This document shows positions 48,120-56,176 of a DNA stretch of 64,000 nt, piece after piece. The notes beneath the pieces are model-generated. The model was not told the DNA's origin and ran no database searches. It saw only the letters and a program-made list of their open reading frames with translations. The DNA is from Thermoactinomyces sp. GTDB taxonomy: Bacteria > Bacillota > Bacilli > Thermoactinomycetales > Thermoactinomycetaceae. Position 1 is the stretch's first letter. The number at the start of each line of letters is the position of its first letter. The position numbers and the translations under genes are program-made. The stretch spans positions 34,118 through 98,117 of the forward strand of contig JBAVDL010000074.1 of the NCBI GenBank assembly GCA_049587175.1. Direction: 5' to 3'.

Positions 48120-48884
48120 TCAGGATATTAACAAATTTTTGCAAGCTTTGAGCAGTTTTTCCCCGTAAGCTTGACGCAACGGCTTATGTTCATTTTTGTC
48201 GAGGCTTTTATCAATCGTGCTGATGATCGCCAATACAGCGCGTACTTTCAGATCAATGCCAGATACGGTTTCCTGGTCTCCCTGGATCAGCAATCGGCAA
48301 TTTTGATTTTCATCTTCAATAAAGGTGCCTTTTTTGACGGAAAGATACTGATCTTTGGCTGCCATGGTTTCTTCGGCGATCCGGTAAGCTTCTTCCATGA
48401 GATCAAACAGGAACAAATCGGAGGGGGAACTGTCAGTCTCCAGCTCTTTCCGAAGTCTTTGCAATTCTTTCATGCGATGCTGCAAATACCGGTTTTCCAG
48501 ATTGTATATTGCCTCGACCGGAGTGGTTGTGTGACTTTTTTTTGCGGGAAATGGTTGTGTTGCTTCAATGGCTTTGATCTTGTACATCGTGTGAAACTGA
48601 AGATTTTTCCCTGTATTAGTTGAGCCAATACTGGACAATTCAATCAAATCCTTTTCCACAAGACGTGTCAAGGCTCGCCGGATGGTGGAACGGGTCAAAT
48701 CCAGATATTTTTCCAGCTTTTTGTAGGAAATAATCGCAGATCCCCTGGGAAGCGGGATACCGGTATTTTCATCAATCGTATCTTCATTGGATGCCAGACG
48801 AACCAGTTCAAAATAGGTTTGCCGTTCCCGTGGAGTCAGGCTGTTTAATTTGGCTTGATAGAGAAGATGTTCGCTTTGTTTCAT
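48120..48884 (-). CDS. Winged-HTH-like N-terminal domain protein with coiled-coil C-terminus, unknown function
   Basis: ATG at 48884 follows aaaggag. ISYKKLEKYLDLTRSTIRRALTRLVEKDLIEL is wHTH-like. Lies 21 nt upstream of the EcsC-like gene. Confidence 0.5.
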   Translation of the reverse strand: MKQSEHLLYQAKLNSLTPRERQTYFELVRLASNEDTIDENTGIPLPRGSAIISYKKLEKYLDLTRSTIRRALTRLVEKDLIELSSIGSTNTGKNLQFHTMYKIKAIEATQPFPAKKSHTTTPVEAIYNLENRYLQHRMKELQRLRKELETDSSPSDLFLFDLMEEAYRIAEETMAAKDQYLSVKKGTFIEDENQNCRLLIQGDQETVSGIDLKVRAVLAIISTIDKSLDKNEHKPLRQAYGEKLLKACKNLLIS

Positions 48885-49622
48885 AAACGTGCTCCTTTCT
48901 GCAAACAACTTCTAAGGCAGCATTCTTATTTTATAATAAAATTTATAACATGTATTAAGTATAGATTGAATTCTAACGAATTTTCTATTATAAATGCCGG
49001 CTAAACTTCTTTGCTGAAAGTATTATCAGGGAAAACTTGTTTGCATACTCCATATTGAAAAAGCTTGATATCATCCTCACGCTGCTCCAAACATGTTTCA
49101 GGGTGTTTCCTCCCCGTTTTGTTCCCGTTTCATTAATAGAAAGTTTCACCCGCAACCGTTAACGCCCGCCCCGAATAAAATCCTCACATCCAATTTTCCA
49201 CTGGTCAGGCTGCCCCTGACAGGGCCGGTTTCATTTGTTTCGGTCATCACTGTCGGAAGCCGCTCCGCTTCTTGAAATCGTCTTTATTTATATGTTTTCT
49301 CCAGTCTCAAGCCGGGTTGCCCCGACTCTGTTTTTAGAGGAAGAAGCCTGATCATTTTCAAATGGCGGAGGGTTTCCTTCCAAAAAGGTGCAGGAAGGGG
49401 CAGGACTTGAAATGACTCGATCGGAAGTATTTGGATTTTAAAATTTATAAAATTAATATATGCTTTTATTTATAAATATAGTTGTACAATCCAGTCGACC
49501 CAATAGATTAAATCGTATATCGAAAATATCTGTACAACAATCAAATATCAGTAGTTATTTTCAGATTATAAAAATTGTAATAAGTCATTTATTTTTTTCA
49601 TAACGTTCAACGGGCTTCCATA

Positions 49623-49648
49623 ACTTTTGTGATAAAAGTCACAAAAGT
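49623..49648. promoter_or_regulatory. Perfect inverted repeat with TGTGA-N6-TCACA core (Rex or Crp/Fnr-type operator candidate)
   Basis: ACTTTTGTGA 49623-32, taaaag, TCACAAAAGT 49639-48. Located about 200 nt upstream of the 49847 ORF. Confidence 0.5.
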
Positions 49649-49846
49649 AATCGCTTTTTCGAAATAAGCTACAATTGTAAACGTTGTCCAGTCAATGAAG
49701 AGCAATTTGTGTAGTTTTGTCGGAGAGTCTGGGAGAGAAAAAGCATTTGATTGGAGGGGATCTGTTCAGACAACCTTGGGTTTTGATGTCAGGCCATGTA
49801 GACTTGCAGCCAAAAATGATGAACCAAAAAGGAGGGAATCTGAATC

Positions 49847-50482
49847 ATGACTCTGTTTGACCGGTTGATACTTCTTGTTACAGGTCTTGTCGCTATTTAC
49901 CTGATTGTTCATTTTTATCGGAAATATCGGCAAGCCGATGGCAAAGCCAAATATAACCTTTATTATCTTGTTGCTTTTGCTGTCCTTCTGGTCGCGGGCC
50001 TGCTTCTTATTGCCCTGGGTTATGATATTCTGGCCAATCCCCTTGTAGTCATTGTATCGTCTTTCATTCCGGCATTGCTGGCTACAGGATTGGTTGCCCA
50101 GTTTTATCCCAGGAGTGAACGGGCCTTTCTTATTTTTGCCATTCTTGGTGTTCTGGGAATAGCGCTTACTCGCCTGGGAGGTGAACCGGGAGGTCTGGCG
50201 ACAGTGATCCTGGCAACTGTTCACAGTATTTTTGGGTTAACTATCTTCTTCCTCCCCATTATCGCTACCCGTAAAGGGGAAGTTACATCTTTCTTCCCAT
50301 GGGTGACAGTAGGCGGGACGCTGATCAGCATTGGCGGAATTGCTCTGGCTTTTCTGAAAGCCGGCATGCCGATTCTTTCGCAGGAAATGATTCTCACGAT
50401 TCTTGCGCCGTTGCTTCTGTTGATGGCGATCAGTTATGCCCTGGGTTTTGTAAAGGGAAATGCATCCCCCAAAAAAACCTGA
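49847..50482 (+). CDS. Hypothetical 6-TM membrane protein
   Basis: 211 aa. Strong SD aaaaggaggg. Six hydrophobic helices. No motif recognised. Confidence 0.6.
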   Translation: MTLFDRLILLVTGLVAIYLIVHFYRKYRQADGKAKYNLYYLVAFAVLLVAGLLLIALGYDILANPLVVIVSSFIPALLATGLVAQFYPRSERAFLIFAILGVLGIALTRLGGEPGGLATVILATVHSIFGLTIFFLPIIATRKGEVTSFFPWVTVGGTLISIGGIALAFLKAGMPILSQEMILTILAPLLLLMAISYALGFVKGNASPKKT

Positions 50483-50600
50483 AGAAGCAAAGGCGTAATC
50501 GTACTGCAATTCGGTAAGATCCAGGTATAACTTCTACTCCTACGTTAAACGGCTGCTCATTCACAATTGTGTGCAGAGCAGAGTTCTTATGATGCTTTGT

Positions 50601-50661
50601 CGGGCGTGATCAGGAACAATTTGTTCAGTTTTTTGAAACAGGAGTCACGCCCGCTCTTTTT
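50601..50661 (+). terminator. Long-loop terminator-like structure between the 6-TM and 12-TM genes
   Basis: CGGGCGTGA 50601-09 pairs with TCACGCCCG 50645-53, with an internal small hairpin, then CTCTTTTT. Confidence 0.4.
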
Positions 50662-50718
50662 CAAATCTCATTGGTAAATGCCTTGAAATGTACATTCCTC
50701 GGAAAGAGGTGATATGAA

Positions 50719-52281
50719 ATGACTGGATTGGGCCAACGCTTAAAATATCTGTTTACTTCAACAAAAGGACTGGTTCTTACTGCCGTCGCTCTTGTCGGTC
50801 TGGTGGCAGCCGTGATGAGCACACTCTCCGGACCGATGGTGGAGTGGGGTGTCAAGGATATTACTGTAAACCTGTTGGGCATGGATCTGGTAGAATCCGA
50901 GCGCGAGGGCCGGATCGTCATGTTGTATCATTGCTTCGCCATGCCGGTTATTGCCGTTCTTGTCTATTTCATTACGGCCAACGTGCGCCTCAAGGAACAT
51001 TGGCCCCCTATCATCAACGGAACGATAACGGTTGGATATATAACAGCCATGTTTTCCGGTTTGGGATATGCCTATTTCGGCCATGATCAAACATTGCACG
51101 GGCTCTATCTGGTTGGTTTATCCCTGATCTTCTTTGCAGGTGTCATGCTTGCCGTTGCTCTGTGGCCCTGGAATAAAGAATATTATTTGCCGAAAGATTC
51201 GCCGTATTCCCGCACCCGGAAAGGTCTTGATCTGGAGCGGCTCTCTTTTTGGCTTGTAACGGTCGCAACGCTGGGCTCTGCCGTGTTAGGCGCCTGGGCA
51301 GGCTCCCATTATGGCAGCGGTTTTGAAACGTTTCTGGCAGAGGACGTGGTTCGGATTCCTCACAAGACAGCCCATGAACTGGCGGTGATCGGACACCTGC
51401 ATATCATGCTGGCTTTAATGGGGGTTGCCATTACCCTTGTGATGGGACGCTGGTTTAATTTCAGAGGTTTTTGGCATGCACTGGCCATGCCCTCAATGGT
51501 TATCGGTACGTTAACCCTCACCCTGGGTGCCTGGTCAGTTGTGCCCTATGAAAATATTGCTCACACCATTATCTATGTGGGTGCTGTCTTTAGCCTGTTG
51601 GGAGGTCTTTTCCTGGTTATTTTCAGCTTGCCGGCCATTATGAAAGATCGTCTGAAAGAATTGGGAATCAGTAAACCGACAACCGGGCAAAAGATCAGGG
51701 CGCTTTTGCATGACCCTTTGAAATTCGGTGTTCTGTGGCAAATGATTTATATGAATTTTGTCACCAGTTTTGTGGGAATCTTTATGGCCATCAAGCTGGA
51801 TGACATTTTCCGTGTATGGCCGCATCGCGATGAACGTATCGAATTGGTCGGACACTGGCATATTCTCGCAACGATAATTGCGATCATGATTCTGTTCTAT
51901 TTTGCAGATCGGGTCGGGTTAAGAGGCAAACCGCGCCAGATATTTGGCTGGACGATTATCATTGGTTCTGATCTCGCATTCGCTGCTGTAACCGTTTTTG
52001 CCATGAAACGTCTTTTTGTAAGCGAGTATATGCAGCAACCAATTGTAAACACAACGATGATTTTGACAGATATCGGGCTTGCGCTGGTAATGATTTTCCT
52101 CGCTATCTTTTTGTGTTGGCGCTTGATTGATCTTTTCAAAGCCGACGGATTCTGGAAAAGAGAGTTGGAAACGGGCGGTTTTGATCCGACTCCTGCAGGC
52201 CCCGCAGGGCAAGAAACTGTACCGGCACGGGAGAAAACTTCTGTGGACAAGGCCGACAAGCCGGTAGCAGACGGCAAATAA
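50719..52281 (+). CDS. 12-TM membrane protein with duplicated His/Glu motif, unknown family
   Basis: 520 aa. Two similar motifs, RIPHKTAHELAVIGHLHI (aa 212-229) and RVWPHRDERIELVGHWHI (aa 365-382), each at the entry of a TM helix, plus a His in TM2 (LYHCFAMP). SD aagaggtga. Confidence 0.7.
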   Translation: MTGLGQRLKYLFTSTKGLVLTAVALVGLVAAVMSTLSGPMVEWGVKDITVNLLGMDLVESEREGRIVMLYHCFAMPVIAVLVYFITANVRLKEHWPPIINGTITVGYITAMFSGLGYAYFGHDQTLHGLYLVGLSLIFFAGVMLAVALWPWNKEYYLPKDSPYSRTRKGLDLERLSFWLVTVATLGSAVLGAWAGSHYGSGFETFLAEDVVRIPHKTAHELAVIGHLHIMLALMGVAITLVMGRWFNFRGFWHALAMPSMVIGTLTLTLGAWSVVPYENIAHTIIYVGAVFSLLGGLFLVIFSLPAIMKDRLKELGISKPTTGQKIRALLHDPLKFGVLWQMIYMNFVTSFVGIFMAIKLDDIFRVWPHRDERIELVGHWHILATIIAIMILFYFADRVGLRGKPRQIFGWTIIIGSDLAFAAVTVFAMKRLFVSEYMQQPIVNTTMILTDIGLALVMIFLAIFLCWRLIDLFKADGFWKRELETGGFDPTPAGPAGQETVPAREKTSVDKADKPVADGK

Positions 52282-52368
52282 CCAATAACAGTACGCAAGT
52301 ACGATGGATTATAACCGATTGGAATCAACAATTTCAGACAATTGGGCGTAGGGAGGTGTCCATTGCAA

Positions 52369-53289
52369 ATGAAAAAGTTTACCCTATTCGCTTCATTGCT
52401 GCTGTTTGTTCTTCTGTTGTCCGGCTGCGGTGAGATTCCGGAAAAAACGGATGCTGTAACGCAAATTACGGATTCCGGTGTGAATCCGGATTCCTGGGCA
52501 AAGGTTCCGGCTGGTGCCTTTTTAAAGGGGCAATTTAACAAGCCGGCCAAGATCGATTATGACTATGAAATAATGGTAACGGAAGTTACCAATTCCCAAT
52601 ATGCAACTTATCTCGGTGAGGCGCTGGCAAAGGGAAAAATCAAAATGCATGATGGAAAAATCATGGGCTATTATCCCGGGGATAAATTTAATGGCGGGAA
52701 GCACGAAAAGAAGATAGAGGCCAAGGACTATCTGCATATTGATCTCAACGATCCGGCAAGCCGGATTACTTACGACGGAAAGAGGTTCAGCGTAAAACCG
52801 GGCTATGAAAATCATCCTGTCACCATGGTTACCTGGTTTGGCGCGAAAGCCTATTGTGATTTTTATGGTTATCGGCTGCCTACAGACGATGAATGGGAAA
52901 AAGCAGCCCGCGGTACGGATGGTCGTCCTTTCCCGTGGGGAGAAGAAGTTTCCCATGCCAATCTGAATTATTACCACAGCAAAGATCCGTTTGAGACAGA
53001 CGGAGGTTACAGTGACACGACTCCGGTAGGTTTTTATAACGGTAAAAGATATGGGGATTTCCAGACAGTTGATTCTGCAAGTCCTTACGGCTTGTATGAC
53101 ATGGCAGGAAATGTCGGCGAATGGACAGGCAATCTGCATTATCAGGTCCACTACCGCAATATCCGCGGCGGAAGCAAAGCTACATATGCAATTGATGCAA
53201 GAGTTTGGAAAACTAACAGTTCCCAGCCGGATTATGCTGGCCCCAGTACCGGATTTCGCTGTGTACGGGATCCCATTGTGACCAAATAG
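52369..53289 (+). CDS. Lipoprotein with FGE-sulfatase (SUMF1/formylglycine-generating-enzyme-like) domain
   Basis: Lipobox LLLSGC after MKKFTLFASLLLFV. Also ...HPVTMVTWFGAKAYC...RLPTDDEWEKAARG...YGLYDMAGNVGEW...IRGGS...GFRCVRD. The track start is 52342. Confidence 0.8.
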   Translation: MKKFTLFASLLLFVLLLSGCGEIPEKTDAVTQITDSGVNPDSWAKVPAGAFLKGQFNKPAKIDYDYEIMVTEVTNSQYATYLGEALAKGKIKMHDGKIMGYYPGDKFNGGKHEKKIEAKDYLHIDLNDPASRITYDGKRFSVKPGYENHPVTMVTWFGAKAYCDFYGYRLPTDDEWEKAARGTDGRPFPWGEEVSHANLNYYHSKDPFETDGGYSDTTPVGFYNGKRYGDFQTVDSASPYGLYDMAGNVGEWTGNLHYQVHYRNIRGGSKATYAIDARVWKTNSSQPDYAGPSTGFRCVRDPIVTK

Positions 53290-53314
53290 TCATCAAGCCT
53301 GAAGGAGGAAGCAG

Positions 53315-54205
53315 ATGAGCGTTTATCAGCAAATTTTCTCGAAAGGTCGCCTGATGCTTGCCAAAATGCGCGCCTATTGGGTATTAACCAAGTTCAGACA
53401 GAGCATGCTCCTGCTGATAACGGGTTTGGCAGGATATAACAGTGCGACCGGTCATCTGGCAGGCAATGGAGAGCTGTATCCCATGCTGGGAAGCCTGTAC
53501 CTGGCAATTTGCGGCAGTACAGTACTTAATATGGTGATTGACCGCGATATTGACAGGAAGATGAACCGGACTGCCAAACGTCCTTTGGCCACCGGGGTTT
53601 TGAGTGTAAAAGAAGCGCTTGCATTTGGTCTTGTTCTCTCCGTCGCAGGGATCGGATGGGCCTTTGCCTTAAGTGCGCTGTACGGCTGGATCGTCGCCAT
53701 CGGTTTGTTTATTGACGTGGTAGTCTACTCCGTCTGGTTGAAAAGGCGAACCCCCTTCTCGATTGTCCTGGGAGGTATATCCGGCGGGATGCCGATTCTG
53801 GCAGGACGGGCCCTGGGTTTGGGCAGTGTCGACCTGATTGGTGTTCTTCTGGTTCTGGCGATCCTGTTGTGGATTCCAACCCATATCCTGACGTTCAGTA
53901 TCAAGTATGCTGAAGATTACAAGCGCGCTGGTATCCCTACCTTTTTCTCCGAATATGGAGAAAAAATAACGCGGCTCATTATTGTATGGTCTACCGCGCT
54001 GGCAAGTATTGATATGATTGTAGCCGTTCATTTGATTGGCATGAAAAGCTATTACTTTGCTGCATTATTTTTATCTGTGCTAACCTTGATCGGATTTGCC
54101 GTCATTTGCTTTTTTCATCCCTCTCCAAAACGGAACTTCGGGTTGTTTAAAGCTGCCTCTACGTACATGTTAATCTCGATGTTGCTTATCAGCATGACGA
54201 TGTAG
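53315..54205 (+). CDS. UbiA-family prenyltransferase, protoheme IX farnesyltransferase (heme O synthase)-like
   Basis: NMVIDRDIDRKMNRTAKRPLATG matches the CtaB/CyoE signature (N..DRDID..M.RT..RP). Second motif YAEDYKRAGIP. About 8-9 TM helices. Confidence 0.8.
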   Translation: MSVYQQIFSKGRLMLAKMRAYWVLTKFRQSMLLLITGLAGYNSATGHLAGNGELYPMLGSLYLAICGSTVLNMVIDRDIDRKMNRTAKRPLATGVLSVKEALAFGLVLSVAGIGWAFALSALYGWIVAIGLFIDVVVYSVWLKRRTPFSIVLGGISGGMPILAGRALGLGSVDLIGVLLVLAILLWIPTHILTFSIKYAEDYKRAGIPTFFSEYGEKITRLIIVWSTALASIDMIVAVHLIGMKSYYFAALFLSVLTLIGFAVICFFHPSPKRNFGLFKAASTYMLISMLLISMTM

Positions 54206-54357
54206 AGAGCTGATTTGGACAAGGATGGCAGTACTGCAATTTTCAGTGCCAACCTGTTTGGTATGCACAGATTGAATATGACTGTTCAAGTTCAAACCAA
54301 AACCCGTCCTGTGTTCAGACTGCACACAAACACAGCAAGGCGGAAATCAATTCAAGT

Positions 54358-54382
54358 GGGTTCCAGGGAACCCGCTTTTTTA
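54358..54382 (+). terminator. Intrinsic terminator ending the three-gene operon
   Basis: GGGTTC 54358-63 pairs with GAACCC 54368-73, then GCTTTTTT. Confidence 0.6.
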
Positions 54383-54440
54383 ATATGGCATGATCCCGTT
54401 TAACTGTCGATGGTGCCTGTGTTTTCAGGGCTTCATATGA

Positions 54441-55307
54441 TTAAACGTAAGTGTCCAATATGTAATCGACAGATCTGCCGTAAGACTCTCCGAAAAGGTT
54501 CAGATGAACCAGCAAATAATAGAGTTGATAGATCGGTTTGCGTTCAGGATAATTTTTGTCAAGTGGCTTTACTTCTTGATAATAGTCATAAAATGAAGCT
54601 GGAAATCCTCCAAATAACTCGGTAAAAGCAATTTCCAACTCATGATGGGCATAATTTGTTGCCGGATCGATGAGATAAGGTCTGCCGCCCTCCCCGATTA
54701 TCCAGTTTCCTCCCCACAAATCCCCATGGATCAGGGATGGTTCAGGGTTTGGGGGAAGCCACTGGTCCAGCCGGGCAAACAACTTTTCCAGTCTTTTTCT
54801 TCGGATTCCCTGAATCGTTTTCCGCTTTATGCCCAGTTCGTACTGGACTTTCAGGCGCTGGTCCCGGTAGAAGGTAATCCAGTCTGCTGTCCAGGGGTTG
54901 GGTTGGGGAAGTGATCCGATAAAATTATCCTCTTCAAATCCAAAAGCGTGTCCTTTTACCTGATGGAGACGGGCAAGCCCTTGCCCTAACTGCGGGATTG
55001 TGTTTTTTGCTTTGTTTCCCTGGATCCATTCCAAAAAGAAGAGAGCCGTTCCGGTTTCCGGTTCATAGAAGGTTCCGTAAATTCGGGGTACTGGCAAGGT
55101 CCGGGTTTGCGCAATGGCGGTCAGACCGTTAAGTTCCTTTTGAAAAAATGTTTCGGGAACAGGCCGGTTCAGTTTTACAAAATATTGCCGTTTGGCAGTT
55201 TTCACCTGATAGGCCTGATTGATATCACCTCCGGAAACAGAGCGGATCCCGATCAGGTCGCTTTGATCCTTCAATTGGCGAAGTGCATCCTTGATAATCT
55301 TTTTCAT
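54441..55307 (-). CDS. Fructosamine/ketosamine-3-kinase family protein
   Basis: 288 aa. SGGDINQAY...FVK... and catalytic HGDLWGGN...IDPA. Confidence 0.85.
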   Translation of the reverse strand: MKKIIKDALRQLKDQSDLIGIRSVSGGDINQAYQVKTAKRQYFVKLNRPVPETFFQKELNGLTAIAQTRTLPVPRIYGTFYEPETGTALFFLEWIQGNKAKNTIPQLGQGLARLHQVKGHAFGFEEDNFIGSLPQPNPWTADWITFYRDQRLKVQYELGIKRKTIQGIRRKRLEKLFARLDQWLPPNPEPSLIHGDLWGGNWIIGEGGRPYLIDPATNYAHHELEIAFTELFGGFPASFYDYYQEVKPLDKNYPERKPIYQLYYLLVHLNLFGESYGRSVDYILDTYV

Positions 55308-55636
55308 ATTGCTCCCTCCTGTGATTATTGTATCAGAGACAGGGAGCCGAATTTGATCTGTTTATTTGATTCGGACCAAAAAAGGATTCTGTTTATGGCG
55401 CTGGCAAATATATTGCTTTACGGTAAGCGGATGGGCAGCCATTTTTCTCAGGCAGGAGCGGATTTGTCCGGCTTTGCCTGCCATTTTAATACGGTTCCGG
55501 TTTATGGTCAATTTCATTGGATCTCCTCCAGACTGGATTCTTCTTATTCTTTTTTTACGCCTGAATGGTCCTGATTATACGGTTATGTTCCTTGTGCGTT
55601 ATAATGGAGTGGACTTGGGAAACAGGAGTGAATAAG

Positions 55637-56176
55637 ATGAAACAGGATTTGGAAGAAAAAACCGTTTCAACAAAAAAAATATTTGAGGGCAAAGTAATTC
55701 AGGTACAGGTAGATGAAGTGCGCCTGCCAAATGGTCATCTCTCAAAAAGGGAAATTGTCAGGCATCCCGGTGCTGTTGCGGTGGTCGCCGTAACGGATGA
55801 AAATAAACTGGTGCTGGTCCGCCAATTCCGCAAGCCGCTTGAAAAAACCATTCTGGAGATTCCGGCCGGCAAACTGGAAAAGAATGAAGACCCTCGGAAC
55901 TGTGCCAAAAGAGAATTGGAAGAGGAAACAGGGTATACGGCAGCGCAACTGGAAAAAATTGCTTCATTTTATACTTCTCCCGGCTTTGCCGACGAAGAAA
56001 TACATCTTTACAGAGCGACGGGCCTTCAAAAGGGGAGAAAGTGCCTGGATGAGGACGAGTTTGTGGAACTGGCAGAACTGACGCTGGAGGAATGTTTCAA
56101 ATGTGTGGAGACAGGTGAAATCTGTGATGCCAAAACCATGTTCGCTCTTTATTATTGGAGAAATGTTCAGGAATGA
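55637..56176 (+). CDS. nudF: ADP-ribose pyrophosphatase (Nudix)
   Basis: Nudix box GKLEKNEDPRNCAKRELEEETGY. The ATG at 55637 follows aggagtg; the track start is 55565. Confidence 0.85.
   Translation: MKQDLEEKTVSTKKIFEGKVIQVQVDEVRLPNGHLSKREIVRHPGAVAVVAVTDENKLVLVRQFRKPLEKTILEIPAGKLEKNEDPRNCAKRELEEETGYTAAQLEKIASFYTSPGFADEEIHLYRATGLQKGRKCLDEDEFVELAELTLEECFKCVETGEICDAKTMFALYYWRNVQE

Noticed and set aside
49093-49275. 60-aa + strand ORF in the GC-rich island
   Set aside because: No SD and a Pro/Ser/Phe-rich sequence. Hairpin strand bias favours the opposite strand.
50719-52281. Idea that the 12-TM protein is a divergent heme-copper oxidase or NO-reductase subunit I
   Set aside because: The TM2 His and the TM10 H-x-H are suggestive. 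However, the GHPEVY-type and HHM CuB motifs are missing, the spacing between His clusters does not fit, and the H-x-H motif is part of an internal duplication. It is kept only as a hypothesis to test by HMM search.
51897-53151. Minus-strand ORFs of 217 and 209 aa over the 12-TM and FGE genes
   Set aside because: The + strand frames have SDs, TM periodicity, a lipobox and FGE motifs. The antisense products lack any such features.
54206-54440. ORFs of 62 and 71 aa, and hairpin CTGTGTT...AACACAG, between the operon end and the kinase gene
   Set aside because: The ORFs lack SDs and overlap the terminator region or the convergent gene. The hairpin has no U-tract, and nothing distinctive was recognised.
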